A DNA stretch of 21,198 nt, taken from Candidatus Sysuimicrobiota bacterium (lineage in GTDB: Bacteria > Sysuimicrobiota > Sysuimicrobiia > Sysuimicrobiales > Sysuimicrobiaceae). Shown here piece after piece: positions 7,031-15,066 of the stretch. The stretch's first letter is position 1. Each line of letters begins with the position of its first letter. A model generated the notes under the pieces. The model was given only the letters and a program-made list of their open reading frames with translations, ran no database searches and had not been told where the DNA came from. Made by a program: the position numbers and the translations under genes. The stretch covers positions 10,650-31,847 of the forward strand of contig PSLI01000026.1 in NCBI GenBank assembly GCA_040289515.1. The letters are read 5' to 3'.

Positions 7031-8173
7031 TCACTGCGCGGGCCGCGGACCCAGCCGCACCTTCAGCTGTAACCGCTGCCCACCCCGCACCACCTTCACC
7101 GTCACCACATCGCCCACCCGCCGCTGCAGGATCTCCCGCTGGAAGTCCGCAGCCCCCTCCAGCCGCTTGCCCTCCATCTCCACGATGATGTCCAAAGCCC
7201 GGATCCCCGCGGCTTCCGCCCCGCTTCCGGGCACCACCTGTTGCACCAGCACCCCGTGGTCCGCGGCCAGCCCGTAGGCCTGCGCCAGCTCCCGGGTCAC
7301 CTCCACGTACGCCACCCCGAAGAAGGGCCGCTGCACGCTGCCCGTGCGGATCAGCTGCTCCATCACGGAGCGCGCCACCGAGGAGGGGATGGCGAACCCG
7401 ATCCCCTGCGCCTGGGGGATGATGGCGGTGTTGATGCCGATCACCTGCCCCGCGCTGTTCACCAACGCACCCCCGCTGTTGCCCGGGTTGATGGCCGCGT
7501 CCGTCTGGATCAGATGGTCGATGACGAACCCGGGAACCTGGATGGACCGGTTGAGGGCGCTCACCACGCCCACGGTCACTGTGCTGCCCAGCCCGAAGGG
7601 GTTGCCGATGGCGATGGCCAGCTGCCCCACCTTGAGGGCGTGAGAGTCACCCAGCTCCGCTGCGGGCAGTTTCCGTCCCTTGGGGCTTACCTTCAGCACC
7701 GCCAGGTCCGAGGGTGGGTCGGTGCCCACCACGCGGCCCTCCAGCTCCGTGCCGTCCAGCAGCCGCACCCGGATCTGCGTGGCGTTGCGGATCACGTGGT
7801 TGTTGGTGAGGACGTACCCGTCCTCGCTCACGATGACGCCGGAGCCCGCTCCCTCCTGCGGGAACAGCTGGCCGAAGAAGTCGGGGGCAAACCCGCGGGT
7901 TTGGATGTTCACCACTGAGGGGCGCACCTTTTCCACCACCTGGATGACCACCGACTCCTCCGTCTGCACCCGCACCACGCCCCCGGGAGCAGCCGGGGCG
8001 GGTATGGAGGAGGCGGAGACCGGGGCGGGTGCCGGTACCCGCCGGGCGCTCACGTACCCTCCCGCAGCGCCCGCCAGCAAGGCCAGCACCACCACCAGTA
8101 CCCACCAGCCCGCTCCGGGACCGCGGGGCCTGCGCTCCTGGGGGGGGACATACGCAGGGGACGGCGTCGACAT
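7031..8173 (-). CDS. htrA: HtrA/DegP-family serine protease, N-terminal membrane anchor, one PDZ domain
   Basis: TM segment WWVLVVVLALLAGAAGGYV, GSGVIV, TNNHVI (His), DLAVLK (Asp), QTDAAINPGNSGG (Ser), C-terminal PDZ. Confidence 0.95.
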   Translation of the reverse strand: MSTPSPAYVPPQERRPRGPGAGWWVLVVVLALLAGAAGGYVSARRVPAPAPVSASSIPAPAAPGGVVRVQTEESVVIQVVEKVRPSVVNIQTRGFAPDFFGQLFPQEGAGSGVIVSEDGYVLTNNHVIRNATQIRVRLLDGTELEGRVVGTDPPSDLAVLKVSPKGRKLPAAELGDSHALKVGQLAIAIGNPFGLGSTVTVGVVSALNRSIQVPGFVIDHLIQTDAAINPGNSGGALVNSAGQVIGINTAIIPQAQGIGFAIPSSVARSVMEQLIRTGSVQRPFFGVAYVEVTRELAQAYGLAADHGVLVQQVVPGSGAEAAGIRALDIIVEMEGKRLEGAADFQREILQRRVGDVVTVKVVRGGQRLQLKVRLGPRPAQ

Positions 8174-8209
8174 GGCTCTGCCCTCGCGTGAGACCTCGTT
8201 TGCCTTCCC

Positions 8210-9331
8210 TCATAGTCTAACCGCACGGGGCTCGGGGTTCGCCATCCGGTGCGATCCCGCAGACCACAGGGGCATCAGGATCTTGATGTGGCTTACCCGC
8301 AGCAGGGCGGCGTCCTGGCGGCCCACCAGGGGCGGGAACAGCTGCCACGGGCCTCCATCCACACGGCACATGGCCAAAAAGCGCTCCGCCAGCCGCCGCT
8401 GCCACTGCTCCTCGTCGGCTAGGTCGTCCGGTTCGTAACGCGGTGCCAGGAAGGCGCTGAACAGGGGAGCGGTCCCCTGCGGGGAGGGGTCCAGGGGGTT
8501 GAGCGGCCCCACCACCATCCACTGAGTCCCCAGCACGGCCCCGACCAGCTCCGGGCTGTGGGCGTGGTCCCGCGGAATGATCTGGAACCCACCCACCTGC
8601 CCGAGGGGCGAGGTGGAGATGTCGATCACCCCCGGGTGATTGGCACGCACCCGCCCGATGCCCACGTACTGCGTGCCTTCAAAGCGCCCCACGCCCGCCA
8701 CGGGGCGCAGCACCACCGCCAGGAGTTCCTCCGAGCCGTCCGCGTAGCGTGCCCGCACCAGGCCGCCGAACCGGTTCTCAAACTCCACCTCCACGGGGTA
8801 CCGGGCCGGTCGCCGAACCACCACCACGAGGCGCGCACCCACCGTGGGGATCCAACCTGCCGTAGAACGCAGCTGCCCGGCGGTTTCCACAAGGACCGGG
8901 TTGCCCACGAAGGGACTGGAATGCCCGCCGAAGATCCGCCGACCTCCGGGGATGTCGGTGAGGATCACGTGGGGGGCCCAGGGACTGCCCCGGGGCCTCA
9001 CGGTGATGATCATACCGCGCCCGTCGGGCGCGTCCCCCACCTTGACGTGCACCGCGTTGGCACCGCTTGCCACCACCGTGCCCGCCGCCCCCCAACGGCT
9101 GGCGGTGAACCCCGGCGCCGCGGCCACCGCAGGCCTCAGCACACGCCCCAGCACCCTCCACGTCTCGCCCCCGTTCTCGCTGACCTCCACCGCGCCGCCC
9201 GACACGTTTTCCAGGCGCCACCGCACCACCTCCACCATCTCCCCAGCAGCCGCCCCCGGGTCCGCGGCGGGAGCCACCGTCGCAGACCAGGACACCGCAG
9301 CCAGCGCCAACAACCATCCTGCCCTGTGCAC
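8210..9331 (-). CDS. Secreted protein of unknown function with an internal two-fold duplication (373 aa)
   Basis: GTG 9331 with GGAGGT SD 7 nt upstream (alternative ATG 9355). Signal-peptide-like MHRAGWLLALAAVSWSATVAPA. The upstream part of track ORF 8210..10039 is antisense to accD. Confidence 0.8.
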   Translation of the reverse strand: MHRAGWLLALAAVSWSATVAPAADPGAAAGEMVEVVRWRLENVSGGAVEVSENGGETWRVLGRVLRPAVAAAPGFTASRWGAAGTVVASGANAVHVKVGDAPDGRGMIITVRPRGSPWAPHVILTDIPGGRRIFGGHSSPFVGNPVLVETAGQLRSTAGWIPTVGARLVVVVRRPARYPVEVEFENRFGGLVRARYADGSEELLAVVLRPVAGVGRFEGTQYVGIGRVRANHPGVIDISTSPLGQVGGFQIIPRDHAHSPELVGAVLGTQWMVVGPLNPLDPSPQGTAPLFSAFLAPRYEPDDLADEEQWQRRLAERFLAMCRVDGGPWQLFPPLVGRQDAALLRVSHIKILMPLWSAGSHRMANPEPRAVRL

Positions 9332-9400
9332 CTCCGTCACCTCCTCCGCACCCATTGTGGCGGCAGGATTCGGGTGCGGGCGACCCGAAAAGGCCAACAC

Positions 9401-10243
9401 GTGCTCAACTGGTGGCGCCGCCCCAAGTACGAGTCCGTGCAGCGCCGGGACATGCCCGCGGGGCTGTGGGCCAAGTGCCCGCGCTGCCGCCACCTCGTGT
9501 ACCGCAAGGAGCTGGAGCGCAATCTCAAGGTGTGCCCCAAGTGCGGCTACCACCACCGTCTGAGCGGCCCCGAGCGGCTGCAGATGCTGGTGGACGACGG
9601 GACCTTCGAGGAGTGGGACGCGGAGCTGGCCTCCGAGGATCCGCTGGGTTTCCCGGAGTACGCGGAGCGCTACCGGCAAGCGGTCCAGCGCACGGGCCGT
9701 CGGGAGGCAGTGCTCACGGGATGCGGTCGCATCGAGGGGGTGCCCGCCGCGGTGGCGGTGCTGGACTTCGAGTTCCTGGGCGGCAGCATGGGCTCCGTGG
9801 TAGGCGAGAAGGTGGCGCGCACCTTCGAGCGGGCCACGGACCTGCACCTGCCCGTGGTCACCTGCAGCAGTAGCGGCGGCGCGCGGATGCAGGAAGGGGT
9901 GCTGTCCCTCATGCAGCTGGCGAAGACCGTGGCCGCGGTGGGGTGGCTGCACGCGGCAGGGCTCCCCTTCGTGTCCGTGCTGTGCGATCCCACCACGGGG
10001 GGTGTCACGGCCTCCTTCGCCATGCTGGGCGACGTCCACGTGTCGGAGCCCGGTGCCCTCATTGGGTTCGCGGGGGGCCGGGTGATCGAGCAGACCATCC
10101 GGCAGAAGCTCCCCGAGGGCTTCCAGACCGCGGAGTTCCTCCTGCGGTGCGGGCTGGTGGACCTCATTGTCCCCCGCTCCGAGCTGAAGCGCACCGTGGC
10201 GCGCCTGCTGCGCCTGCTGGGCGCCCGGGAGGTGGCGGGTTGA
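9401..10243 (+). CDS. accD: Acetyl-CoA carboxylase carboxyltransferase beta subunit
   Basis: GTG 9401 with AAAAGG upstream. GLWAKCPRC...VCPKC zinc finger, FLGGSMGSVVGEK, SGGARMQEG, PTTGGVTASFA, LPEGFQTAEFLL. Confidence 0.97.
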   Translation: MLNWWRRPKYESVQRRDMPAGLWAKCPRCRHLVYRKELERNLKVCPKCGYHHRLSGPERLQMLVDDGTFEEWDAELASEDPLGFPEYAERYRQAVQRTGRREAVLTGCGRIEGVPAAVAVLDFEFLGGSMGSVVGEKVARTFERATDLHLPVVTCSSSGGARMQEGVLSLMQLAKTVAAVGWLHAAGLPFVSVLCDPTTGGVTASFAMLGDVHVSEPGALIGFAGGRVIEQTIRQKLPEGFQTAEFLLRCGLVDLIVPRSELKRTVARLLRLLGAREVAG

Positions 10244-11241
10244 CCGCAGAGGGGGAGCGGCTCGAGCAAGAACGAGAGCTGGCGCAGCTGGAAGAGCAGC
10301 TGGCGCAGCTGGAAGCGGCGGGCGCAGAGGCCGGTCCGCTGAAGGCCCTGCGGGCGCGGGTGCAGGCTCTGCGGGAGGCTGTGTGGCGACAGCCCACCGC
10401 CTGGCAGGTGGTGCAGGCCGCGCGTCACCCGCAGCGGCCGAAGCTGGCTGACTACGTGGAACGCCTGTTCACCGACGTGGTGGAGCTGCACGGGGACCGG
10501 TTGTTCGGAGACGACCCTGCCATGTTCTGCGGGCTGGCACGCCTGGACGGGCAACCGGTGGTCGTGGTGGGCCACCACAAGGGCCGCGACACCCGGGAAA
10601 ACGTGCACCGGCGGTGGGGGATGCCCAACCCCGACGGGTACCGCAAGGCTGTGCGCATTCTGCGCCTGGCGGAGAAGCACCGCCTGCCCGTGGTGAGCCT
10701 GGTGGATACCCCCGCAGCGTACCCCGGCGTGGAAGCCGAGGAGCGCGGCCAGGCGGAGGCCATCGCCCGCAGCATCCTCACCCTGGTACAGCTGACCTCG
10801 CCCGTGGTGGTGGCCATCGTGGGGGAGGGAGGCAGCGGCGGCGCACTGGCCATCGGAGTGGGCGATCGCGTGCTCATGATGCAGTATGCCATCTACTCCG
10901 TGATCCCGCCCGAGGGGTGCGCCGCCATCCTGTGGCGGGACGCAACCCGCAAGGAGGAGGCGGCCTCCGCCCTCAAGCTCACCGCGCAGGACCTGCTGGA
11001 GCTGGGCGTGGTGGACGAGGTGGTTCCCGAGCCGCTGGGCGGCGCGCACCAAGGTCCGGACCAAGCCGCCCGGGCGCTCCACGACGCCCTCCTCCGGCAC
11101 CTGCGGGAGGTTCAGGCTCTGCCCCCGGAGGAGCGGCTGCGCCGCCGCTACGATAAGTACCGGCGGATGGGGCGGTTCAGCGTCCTGCGGGCGGACCCAC
11201 CCCCGCCGGGCACAAGCCCGAGGGAAACCCATGTCCGGTGA
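10240..11241 (+). CDS. accA: Acetyl-CoA carboxylase carboxyltransferase alpha subunit
   Basis: TTG start overlapping the accD stop (TTGA) with a GGAGGT SD. ARHPQRP, ELHGDR, GMPNPDGYRKA, DTPAAYPG, EERGQAEAIA, GEGGSGGALA, YSVIPPEGCAAILW. Confidence 0.97.
   Translation: MTAEGERLEQERELAQLEEQLAQLEAAGAEAGPLKALRARVQALREAVWRQPTAWQVVQAARHPQRPKLADYVERLFTDVVELHGDRLFGDDPAMFCGLARLDGQPVVVVGHHKGRDTRENVHRRWGMPNPDGYRKAVRILRLAEKHRLPVVSLVDTPAAYPGVEAEERGQAEAIARSILTLVQLTSPVVVAIVGEGGSGGALAIGVGDRVLMMQYAIYSVIPPEGCAAILWRDATRKEEAASALKLTAQDLLELGVVDEVVPEPLGGAHQGPDQAARALHDALLRHLREVQALPPEERLRRRYDKYRRMGRFSVLRADPPPPGTSPRETHVR
10277..10315 (+). repeat. 18-bp exact direct repeat (AGCTGGCGCAGCTGGAAG x2, 21-bp period) in the 5' end of accA
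   Basis: Copies at 10277-10294 and 10298-10315 encode the heptads of ELAQLEEQLAQLE. Confidence 0.8.
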
Positions 11242-11686
11242 CGAACGGCCGTCGCTGAATTTCGAGGAGATCCGGGAGCTGGTGCGCATCGCCAGCGAAG
11301 CGGACATCACGGAGCTGGAGGTGGAAGCCGGCCACCTGCGGGTTGCCATCCGCAAGACCCCGCGCGCCAGCGCGCCACTACCGCCTGCCGCCAGCCCTAC
11401 CCCGACCCCGTCGGCCGCGCCCCTGGAGGAACCCAGTTCGCACTGGGTGCCGGTCGCCGCGCCCATGGTGGGCACCTTCTACCGGGCCCCGGGCCCGGAC
11501 CAGCCGCCTTTTGTTCAGGAGGGCGACCGGGTGGAGGCGGGCCAGACCCTCTGCGTCATCGAGGCAATGAAGATGTTCAACGAGATCCCCGCGGAGGTCT
11601 CGGGGCGGGTCGTCCGGGTGCTGGTGGAGAACGGAGCCCCTGTGGAGTACGGGCAACCCCTGTTCCTCATCGATCCGCGCGGCTAG
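11231..11686 (+). CDS. accB: Biotin carboxyl carrier protein of ACC
   Basis: APMVGTFYRAP, biotinylation motif EAMKM, VEYGQPLF, Pro/Ala linker. Confidence 0.97.
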   Translation: MSGDERPSLNFEEIRELVRIASEADITELEVEAGHLRVAIRKTPRASAPLPPAASPTPTPSAAPLEEPSSHWVPVAAPMVGTFYRAPGPDQPPFVQEGDRVEAGQTLCVIEAMKMFNEIPAEVSGRVVRVLVENGAPVEYGQPLFLIDPRG

Positions 11687-11690
11687 TACC

Positions 11691-13058
11691 ATGTTCCGCA
11701 AGATCCTAGTGGCCAACCGGGGCGAGATCGCGGTGCGCGTCCTCCGTACGTGCCGGGAGCTGGGCATCCGCACCGTGGCTGTGTACTCCGAGGCGGACCG
11801 CGACAGCCTCCCCGTGCGCCTCGCGGACGAAGCTTTCTGCATCGGTCCGCCGCCCGCCGCGGACAGCTACCTGAACGTGCCCAACATCCTCAGCACCGCG
11901 GAGCTGTTGGGGGTGGATGCGATCCACCCCGGTTACGGGTTCCTGTCCGAGGACCCCCGGTTCGCGGAGATCTGCCGGGACGCCCACATCGTGTTCATCG
12001 GCCCGCCCCCCGAGGCCATCGAGGCCATGGGCAACAAGGCCCGGGCGCGGGAGATCGCCCAGCGGGCGGGCGTGCCCGTGGTTCCCGGCAGCCCTGGGCC
12101 CGTGCGGAACGAGCGGGAGGCGCAGCAGGTGGCGGCGCGCATCGGCTACCCGTTGCTGGTGAAGGCGTCCGCGGGCGGTGGGGGCCGCGGCATGCGGGTG
12201 GTGCACAACCAGGAGGATCTCGCCCGCGCCCTGCAGACCGCACAGCAGGAGGCCCGCAGCGCCTTCGGCAGCGGCGAGCTGTACCTGGAGAAGTACCTGC
12301 GGGAACCCCGCCACGTGGAGGTCCAGGTGCTGGCGGACAGCCGCGGCAACGCCGTCCACCTGGGGCACCGGGAGTGTTCCATCCAGCGCCGGCACCAGAA
12401 GCTGCTGGAGGAAGCCCCCGCCCCGGGGCTCTCGCCCCGCCTGCAGGCGCAGCTGTACCGGGCGGCCTTGCGCCTGGTCCAGGCCATCGGGTACGTGAAC
12501 GCGGGCACCGTGGAGTTCCTGGTGGACCGCCAGGACAACTTCTATTTCCTGGAGATGAACACCCGCATCCAGGTGGAGCACCCCGTGACGGAGGCCATCA
12601 CGGGGCTGGATCTAGTGGCCGAGCAGATCCGGATCGCGGCCGGCGAGCGGCTGCGCTTCCGGCAGCAGGATGTGCAGTTCCGCGGACACGCCCTGGAGTG
12701 CCGCATCAACGCGGAGGACCCCGCCCATGACTTCCGACCCTCCCCGGGGCGGGTGGTCTCCTTCGTACCCCCGGGGGGCTTCGGGGTTCGCGTGGACACC
12801 CACGTGTACGCAGGCTACACGATCCCCCCATACTATGATTCACTGGTGGCAAAGGTGGTGGCCTGGGGACGGGACCGGGCGGAGGCCATCGCCCGCATGG
12901 AGCGCGCCCTGCGGGAGTTTGAGATCACGGGCATCCGCACCACCATCCCGCTCCACCGCGCCATTTTGGACAACGCCTTCTTCCGGCGCGGGGAGGTGTA
13001 CACCAACTTCCTGCAGCGCCGGGTGGACCTGGGGCAGCTGGCCCGCGGGTCCGCCTAG
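11691..13058 (+). CDS. accC: Biotin carboxylase
   Basis: KILVANRGEIA, IHPGYGFLSE, KASAGGGGRGMR, ECSIQRRHQK, FLEMNTRIQVEHPVTE, ECRINAED, PPYYDSL. Confidence 0.98.
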   Translation: MFRKILVANRGEIAVRVLRTCRELGIRTVAVYSEADRDSLPVRLADEAFCIGPPPAADSYLNVPNILSTAELLGVDAIHPGYGFLSEDPRFAEICRDAHIVFIGPPPEAIEAMGNKARAREIAQRAGVPVVPGSPGPVRNEREAQQVAARIGYPLLVKASAGGGGRGMRVVHNQEDLARALQTAQQEARSAFGSGELYLEKYLREPRHVEVQVLADSRGNAVHLGHRECSIQRRHQKLLEEAPAPGLSPRLQAQLYRAALRLVQAIGYVNAGTVEFLVDRQDNFYFLEMNTRIQVEHPVTEAITGLDLVAEQIRIAAGERLRFRQQDVQFRGHALECRINAEDPAHDFRPSPGRVVSFVPPGGFGVRVDTHVYAGYTIPPYYDSLVAKVVAWGRDRAEAIARMERALREFEITGIRTTIPLHRAILDNAFFRRGEVYTNFLQRRVDLGQLARGSA

Positions 13059-13076
13059 GGCAAACGGGGAGGTCCC

Positions 13077-14072
13077 ATGCAGCACTTACAACCGGTGACG
13101 GTGCCCGTGGACACCCTCCTGGAGTGGTACCGCACCCTGGTGTTCTGCCGCCGCTTCGAGGAGCAAACGGAGCGCAGTTTCCGGCGCGGCAAGATCGGCG
13201 GCTACCTGCACGTGGCCATCGGCCAGGAGGCGGTCCCCCTGGGGTTTTTGTCCACGACCCGGCCGGACGACGTCTTCTTCGTCTCCTACCGGGACCACGT
13301 GCACACCCTGGTGCGCGGCACGGACCCGGGCGCGGTGATGGCGGAGCTGTACGGGAAGCTGGGGGGCACGTGCAAGGGGAAGGGAGGGTCCATGCACCTG
13401 TTTGACGTGGCGCGGGGCAACTACGGCGGCTACGGGATCGTGGGGGGCCACATCCCCCTGGCGGTGGGTGCCGCGTACGCCCTCCGCTACCAGGGTACCG
13501 ACCGGGTCTGCCTGTGCTTCTTCGGGGACGGGGCCATGAACAGCGGTGCCCTGCACGAGGCCGCCAACCTGGCGGGGTTGTGGGGGCGGGAGGGGATGTG
13601 TCCGGTGGTGTTCGTGGTGGAGAACAACCGGTACGGGATGGGAACCTCCGTGGAGCGGGCCTCCGCGGTGCCGGAGCTGGCGCGCAGGTTCGACGCCTAC
13701 GACATCCCCAACGAGCGGTGCGACGGGATGGACGTGGTGACCGTGTACGAGGTGGCCCGGCGGGTGGTGGACCAGGTGCGCCGCACGGGCCGGCCCTACG
13801 CGGTGGAAACCCTCACCTACCGCTTCTCGGGCCACGGGGCCGCGGACCTGTTCCAGCCGTACCGGGATAAGCAGGAGGTGGAGCGCTGGCGGCAGCGGGA
13901 CCCCATCCTGCTGCTGGAGAAGCGCCTGCGGGAAGCGGGTGTTCTGGACGACCGCACTGCCCAGGAAGTAGCGTCCTGGGCTGACCGACGGGTGCAGGAG
14001 GCGGTGGCCTTCGCGGAGGCTAGCCCCGAGCCGCCGCCGGAGGAGCTGTACCGCGACGTGTACGGGAGCTGA
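13077..14072 (+). CDS. pdhA: Pyruvate dehydrogenase (2-oxoacid dehydrogenase) E1 alpha subunit
   Basis: GKIGGYLH, GQEA, YRDH, GKGGSMH, ThDP motif GDGA...ENNRYGMGTS. GGAGGT SD. Confidence 0.88.
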   Translation: MQHLQPVTVPVDTLLEWYRTLVFCRRFEEQTERSFRRGKIGGYLHVAIGQEAVPLGFLSTTRPDDVFFVSYRDHVHTLVRGTDPGAVMAELYGKLGGTCKGKGGSMHLFDVARGNYGGYGIVGGHIPLAVGAAYALRYQGTDRVCLCFFGDGAMNSGALHEAANLAGLWGREGMCPVVFVVENNRYGMGTSVERASAVPELARRFDAYDIPNERCDGMDVVTVYEVARRVVDQVRRTGRPYAVETLTYRFSGHGAADLFQPYRDKQEVERWRQRDPILLLEKRLREAGVLDDRTAQEVASWADRRVQEAVAFAEASPEPPPEELYRDVYGS

Positions 14073-14077
14073 CGCAC

Positions 14078-15052
14078 ATGGCGGAGATGACCTACCGCGA
14101 AGCCCTGCGGTCCACCCTGGTGGAGGAGATGGACCGCGACCCGCGGGTCCTCCTTTTGGGCGAGGACATCGGGGTCTACCAGGGGACTTTCCGGGTCACG
14201 GAGGGGCTGCTGGAGCGCTACGGGCCCAAGCGGGTGATCGACACGCCCATCTCCGAGCTGGGCTTCATCGGGGCGGCGATCGGCATGGCTTTGCTGGGAC
14301 TGCGGCCGGTGGTGGAGGTGATGACCTGGAACTTCTCCCTTCCCGCGGCGGACCAGATCCTGCAGAACGCGGCAAAGGTGCGCTACTTCTCCGGCGGACA
14401 GGTCTCCGTCCCCCTTGTGATCCGCGGCCCCAACGGGGCAGGGGTGCAGCTATCTGCCCAGCACTCGCAGTCCCTGGAGTCCTTTTACGGCCACTTCCCC
14501 GGGCTGCGCGTGGTAACCCCCGCCACCCCCGCGGACGCCAAGGGGCTGCTGCGCACCGCCCTGCGCGGCCAGGACCCCGTGATCTTCCTGGAGCACGCGG
14601 CCCTGTACGGGGTCAAGGGCCCGGTGCCGGAGGGCGACTACACCGTGCCCTTCGGCAAGGCGGCAGTGGTGCGGCCCGGCCGGCATGTCACCGTGGTGGC
14701 CTACAGCCGCATGCTGCACCTGGCCCTGGCGGCCGCGGACGAGCTGGTCCGCGAGGGGGTGGAGTGCGAAGTGCTCGACCTGCGCAGCCTGCGGCCCCTG
14801 GACATGGACACGGTGGCGGAATCGGTGCGGCGCACCCACCGCGCCGTGGTGGTGCAGGAGCAGTGGCCGCTGTTCGGCGCCGCCGCGGAGGTGGCGGCGG
14901 GGATCTACGAGCGGTGCTTCGACGAGCTGGACGCACCCGTGGAGCGGGTGACGGGAGCAGACGTGCCGGCCCCGTACGCCCGGAATCTGGAAAAGCTCAC
15001 GTTCCCCGACGAGGAACGCATCGCGCAGGCGGTCCGCCGGGTCCTGCAGTAA
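14078..15052 (+). CDS. pdhB: Pyruvate dehydrogenase E1 beta subunit
   Basis: LLGEDIG, DTPISE, GLRPVVEVMTWNF, AQHSQ, DAKGLL, DLRSLRPLD, ELDAPVERV. Confidence 0.9.
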   Translation: MAEMTYREALRSTLVEEMDRDPRVLLLGEDIGVYQGTFRVTEGLLERYGPKRVIDTPISELGFIGAAIGMALLGLRPVVEVMTWNFSLPAADQILQNAAKVRYFSGGQVSVPLVIRGPNGAGVQLSAQHSQSLESFYGHFPGLRVVTPATPADAKGLLRTALRGQDPVIFLEHAALYGVKGPVPEGDYTVPFGKAAVVRPGRHVTVVAYSRMLHLALAAADELVREGVECEVLDLRSLRPLDMDTVAESVRRTHRAVVVQEQWPLFGAAAEVAAGIYERCFDELDAPVERVTGADVPAPYARNLEKLTFPDEERIAQAVRRVLQ

Positions 15053-15066
15053 CGGGAGGCGGGGGG

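Noticed and set aside
5964..7277. 437-aa ORF as an intact gene
   Set aside because: It is a composite of an argS off-frame segment, the pseudogene frame and antisense htrA sequence. The family motifs are broken by frameshifts and deletions.
10277..10315. Direct repeat in accA as a CRISPR remnant or insertion scar
   Set aside because: There are only two copies with a 3-nt spacer, in frame, encoding a normal coiled-coil heptad.
9670..11475. Long antisense ORFs (9670..11475, also 14905..16491, 18844..20430, 481..1527)
   Set aside because: They mirror well-supported genes on the opposite strand and have no motifs, which is a typical codon-bias artefact.
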